From: Octopus sinensis
Taxonomy: Eukaryota
DNA length: 8,344 nucleotides
Direction of reading: 5' to 3'
Assembly (NCBI RefSeq): GCF_006345805.1
Contig: NW_021828529.1
Coordinates: forward strand, 1-8,344
The position numbers and the translations under genes were made by a program. This document shows, one piece after another, positions 6,824 through 8,344 of the stretch (position 1 is its first letter; the number at the start of each line of letters is the position of its first letter). The notes below the pieces were generated by a model. It was not told where the DNA came from, did not search any database, and saw nothing but the letters and a program-made list of their open reading frames with translations.

Positions 6824-6895
6824 ACAGACAGACAAACAGACAGACAGGTAGGCAGACAGGCAGACAAGACACACAGACAGACAGACTGACATACA
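6824..6895. repeat. Degenerate (GACA)n tetranucleotide repeat
   Basis: ACAGACAGACAAACAGACAGACAGG... Confidence 0.9.
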
Positions 6896-7016
6896 AAGGA
6901 GTGGTTTCTTTCTTCCATTTTTTGTTTGTTTTTCTTTTGTTTGTTTTTTTTTCTCTCCTTCCTTTTTTATGTCAGTCCAGTCAAGTGTCAAACCCTGGAG
7001 CAGCTACAGACTAACA

Positions 7017-7620
7017 TCACCACCACCCCCACCACCACCACCACCACCACTAGGACCACTACTATCACCAACACTACCATACAACTACTACCCTCTCCAC
7101 CACTACCACTACCACCACCACCACACTTCATCATTATCATCATCATCTTCTCCTTACACTTATTGCATGCTTACTTTTACCTTGCTAGTTGACTCTCCAT
7201 CATCATGACCACCACTACCAACTAAAACAGCTGCCATCATCATCATCATCATCACCATTTCTCATTGTCTTTTTACTGGTTTGACTACACCACAGTGACC
7301 ACCACCACCACCATTTTCTACTACAGCTACTACTACTACTACTACTACTACTGCTGCTGCTACTACTATTACCATCACTACTACCACCACCACTACCACT
7401 ACTACTACTACTATCACCACCACCACCACTACAATTAACTACCACCACCACTAATATTCTCCCTCACTACAGGTACCACTACACTACTACAACTTCCACT
7501 ACCACCACCAACAACCCTTATTCATACCCCAAACCACTACAGGTATCACAACTACCACCATTACCTCCGCCACCCACACCACCACCGCCATCGCCATCAC
7601 CATTTTTACCTACATACCAT
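7017..7620. repeat. Cryptic (ACC/ACT/ATC)n trinucleotide tract
   Basis: Read directly. Confidence 0.92.
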
Positions 7621-8055
7621 AGCAGAGACATTGACCTAATCAATAACAAGTCTTGTGGTCAATGACTGCTCAATCATTACACTGGACCAGCTGAAGCCAC
7701 CCCCCCCCCCACCTCTCCCACCACACAGCAACTCTTTCACCTATTGTTTCCTTCTTTCCTACCTCCCTTTCTTTCTTTTATTTTTTCCCCTTCTTTGTTT
7801 ACCTTTATTTAATCTACTTTTTAACCACATTATTATTGTGAATATGATTTAAAATTCTGTTTTTTTTTTCATATTTGAAGATGTATTGTTTAGGCACCAA
7901 GCTAAGCTGGTTTTAATGTGTTGCTAGGTGGTGGTGGTCGAGGTTGGAGGTGGAGGAGGAGACTGGTTCATAAAAATTAATGTTAACATGCATGGAAAGA
8001 CAAGTTAAAAATGTATTTTGATAACATCTGTGCTTTTAGATCACGCACCCCTCCC

Positions 8056-8118
8056 TGCTTGACTAAAGGTGGTGCTCCAGCATGGCCACAGTCAAATGAC
8101 TGAAACAAGTAAAAGAGT
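8056..8118 (+). mobile_element. 5'-truncated 3' tail of a family-A SINE, inside a 14-bp TSD-flanked insertion (8002-8118)
   Basis: TGCTTGACTAAAGGTGGTGCTCCAGCATGGCCACAGTCAAATGACTGAAACAAGTAAAAGAGT; ATGCATGGAAAGAC occurs at 7988-8001 and 8119-8132. Confidence 0.93.
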
Positions 8119-8132
8119 ATGCATGGAAAGAC

Positions 8133-8233
8133 TTATGTGTATGTGTGTATATCCGTATATATATACATATGTGTGTGTGCATATATATATATATATATAT
8201 ACACATATATGTGTGTTATATATATATGTTATA

Positions 8234-8273
<40 letters not shown>

Positions 8274-8341
8274 CACAAAAACAAAAAATGTGTGTATAAT
8301 TATATGTGTGTATATATAATATATATATTGTATATATATAT
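8133..8341. repeat. (TA)n/(TG)n compound microsatellite
   Basis: Read directly. Confidence 0.95.
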
Positions 8342-8344
8342 GGG

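Noticed and set aside
6905-7192. Pyrimidine tract plus CAG acceptor leading into a Thr-rich stalk and hydrophobic tail (88-aa ORF)
   Set aside because: The stalk and apparent TM segment come from ACC and ATC repeats, and there is no independent support for an exon.
6333-7451. His-, Met-, Thr- and Ser-rich ORFs
   Set aside because: They are microsatellite translations with starts inside a SINE or at non-ATG codons.

Overview
Repeat-saturated, AT-rich, non-coding eukaryotic DNA, probably intronic or intergenic. It is most likely from an octopus, inferred from my recall that the SINEs resemble the octopus OK/OR1 and OR2 tRNA-derived families; no database search was run. I find no credible protein-coding gene, RNA gene or CRISPR array: the long ORFs are translations of microsatellites or repeats. 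The window contains (i) six copies or fragments of a ~400-nt tRNA-headed SINE, (ii) a second SINE family, one copy of which is split by a nested insertion, (iii) a 396-bp foldback/MITE with 162-bp inverted arms, GG...CC ends and a perfect 8-bp target-site duplication, plus a solo arm of the same family, (iv) a diverged ~115-140-bp tandem array with a 95%-identical ~400-bp local copy, and (v) long di-, tri- and tetranucleotide tracts. I cannot support a new biological system. The best leads are in transposon biology: a possibly Merlin-type MITE, an array-carrying dispersed element, a 73-bp duplication abutting a transposon end, and a chimeric TSD-flanked retro-insertion. There is also one microexon/acceptor candidate.
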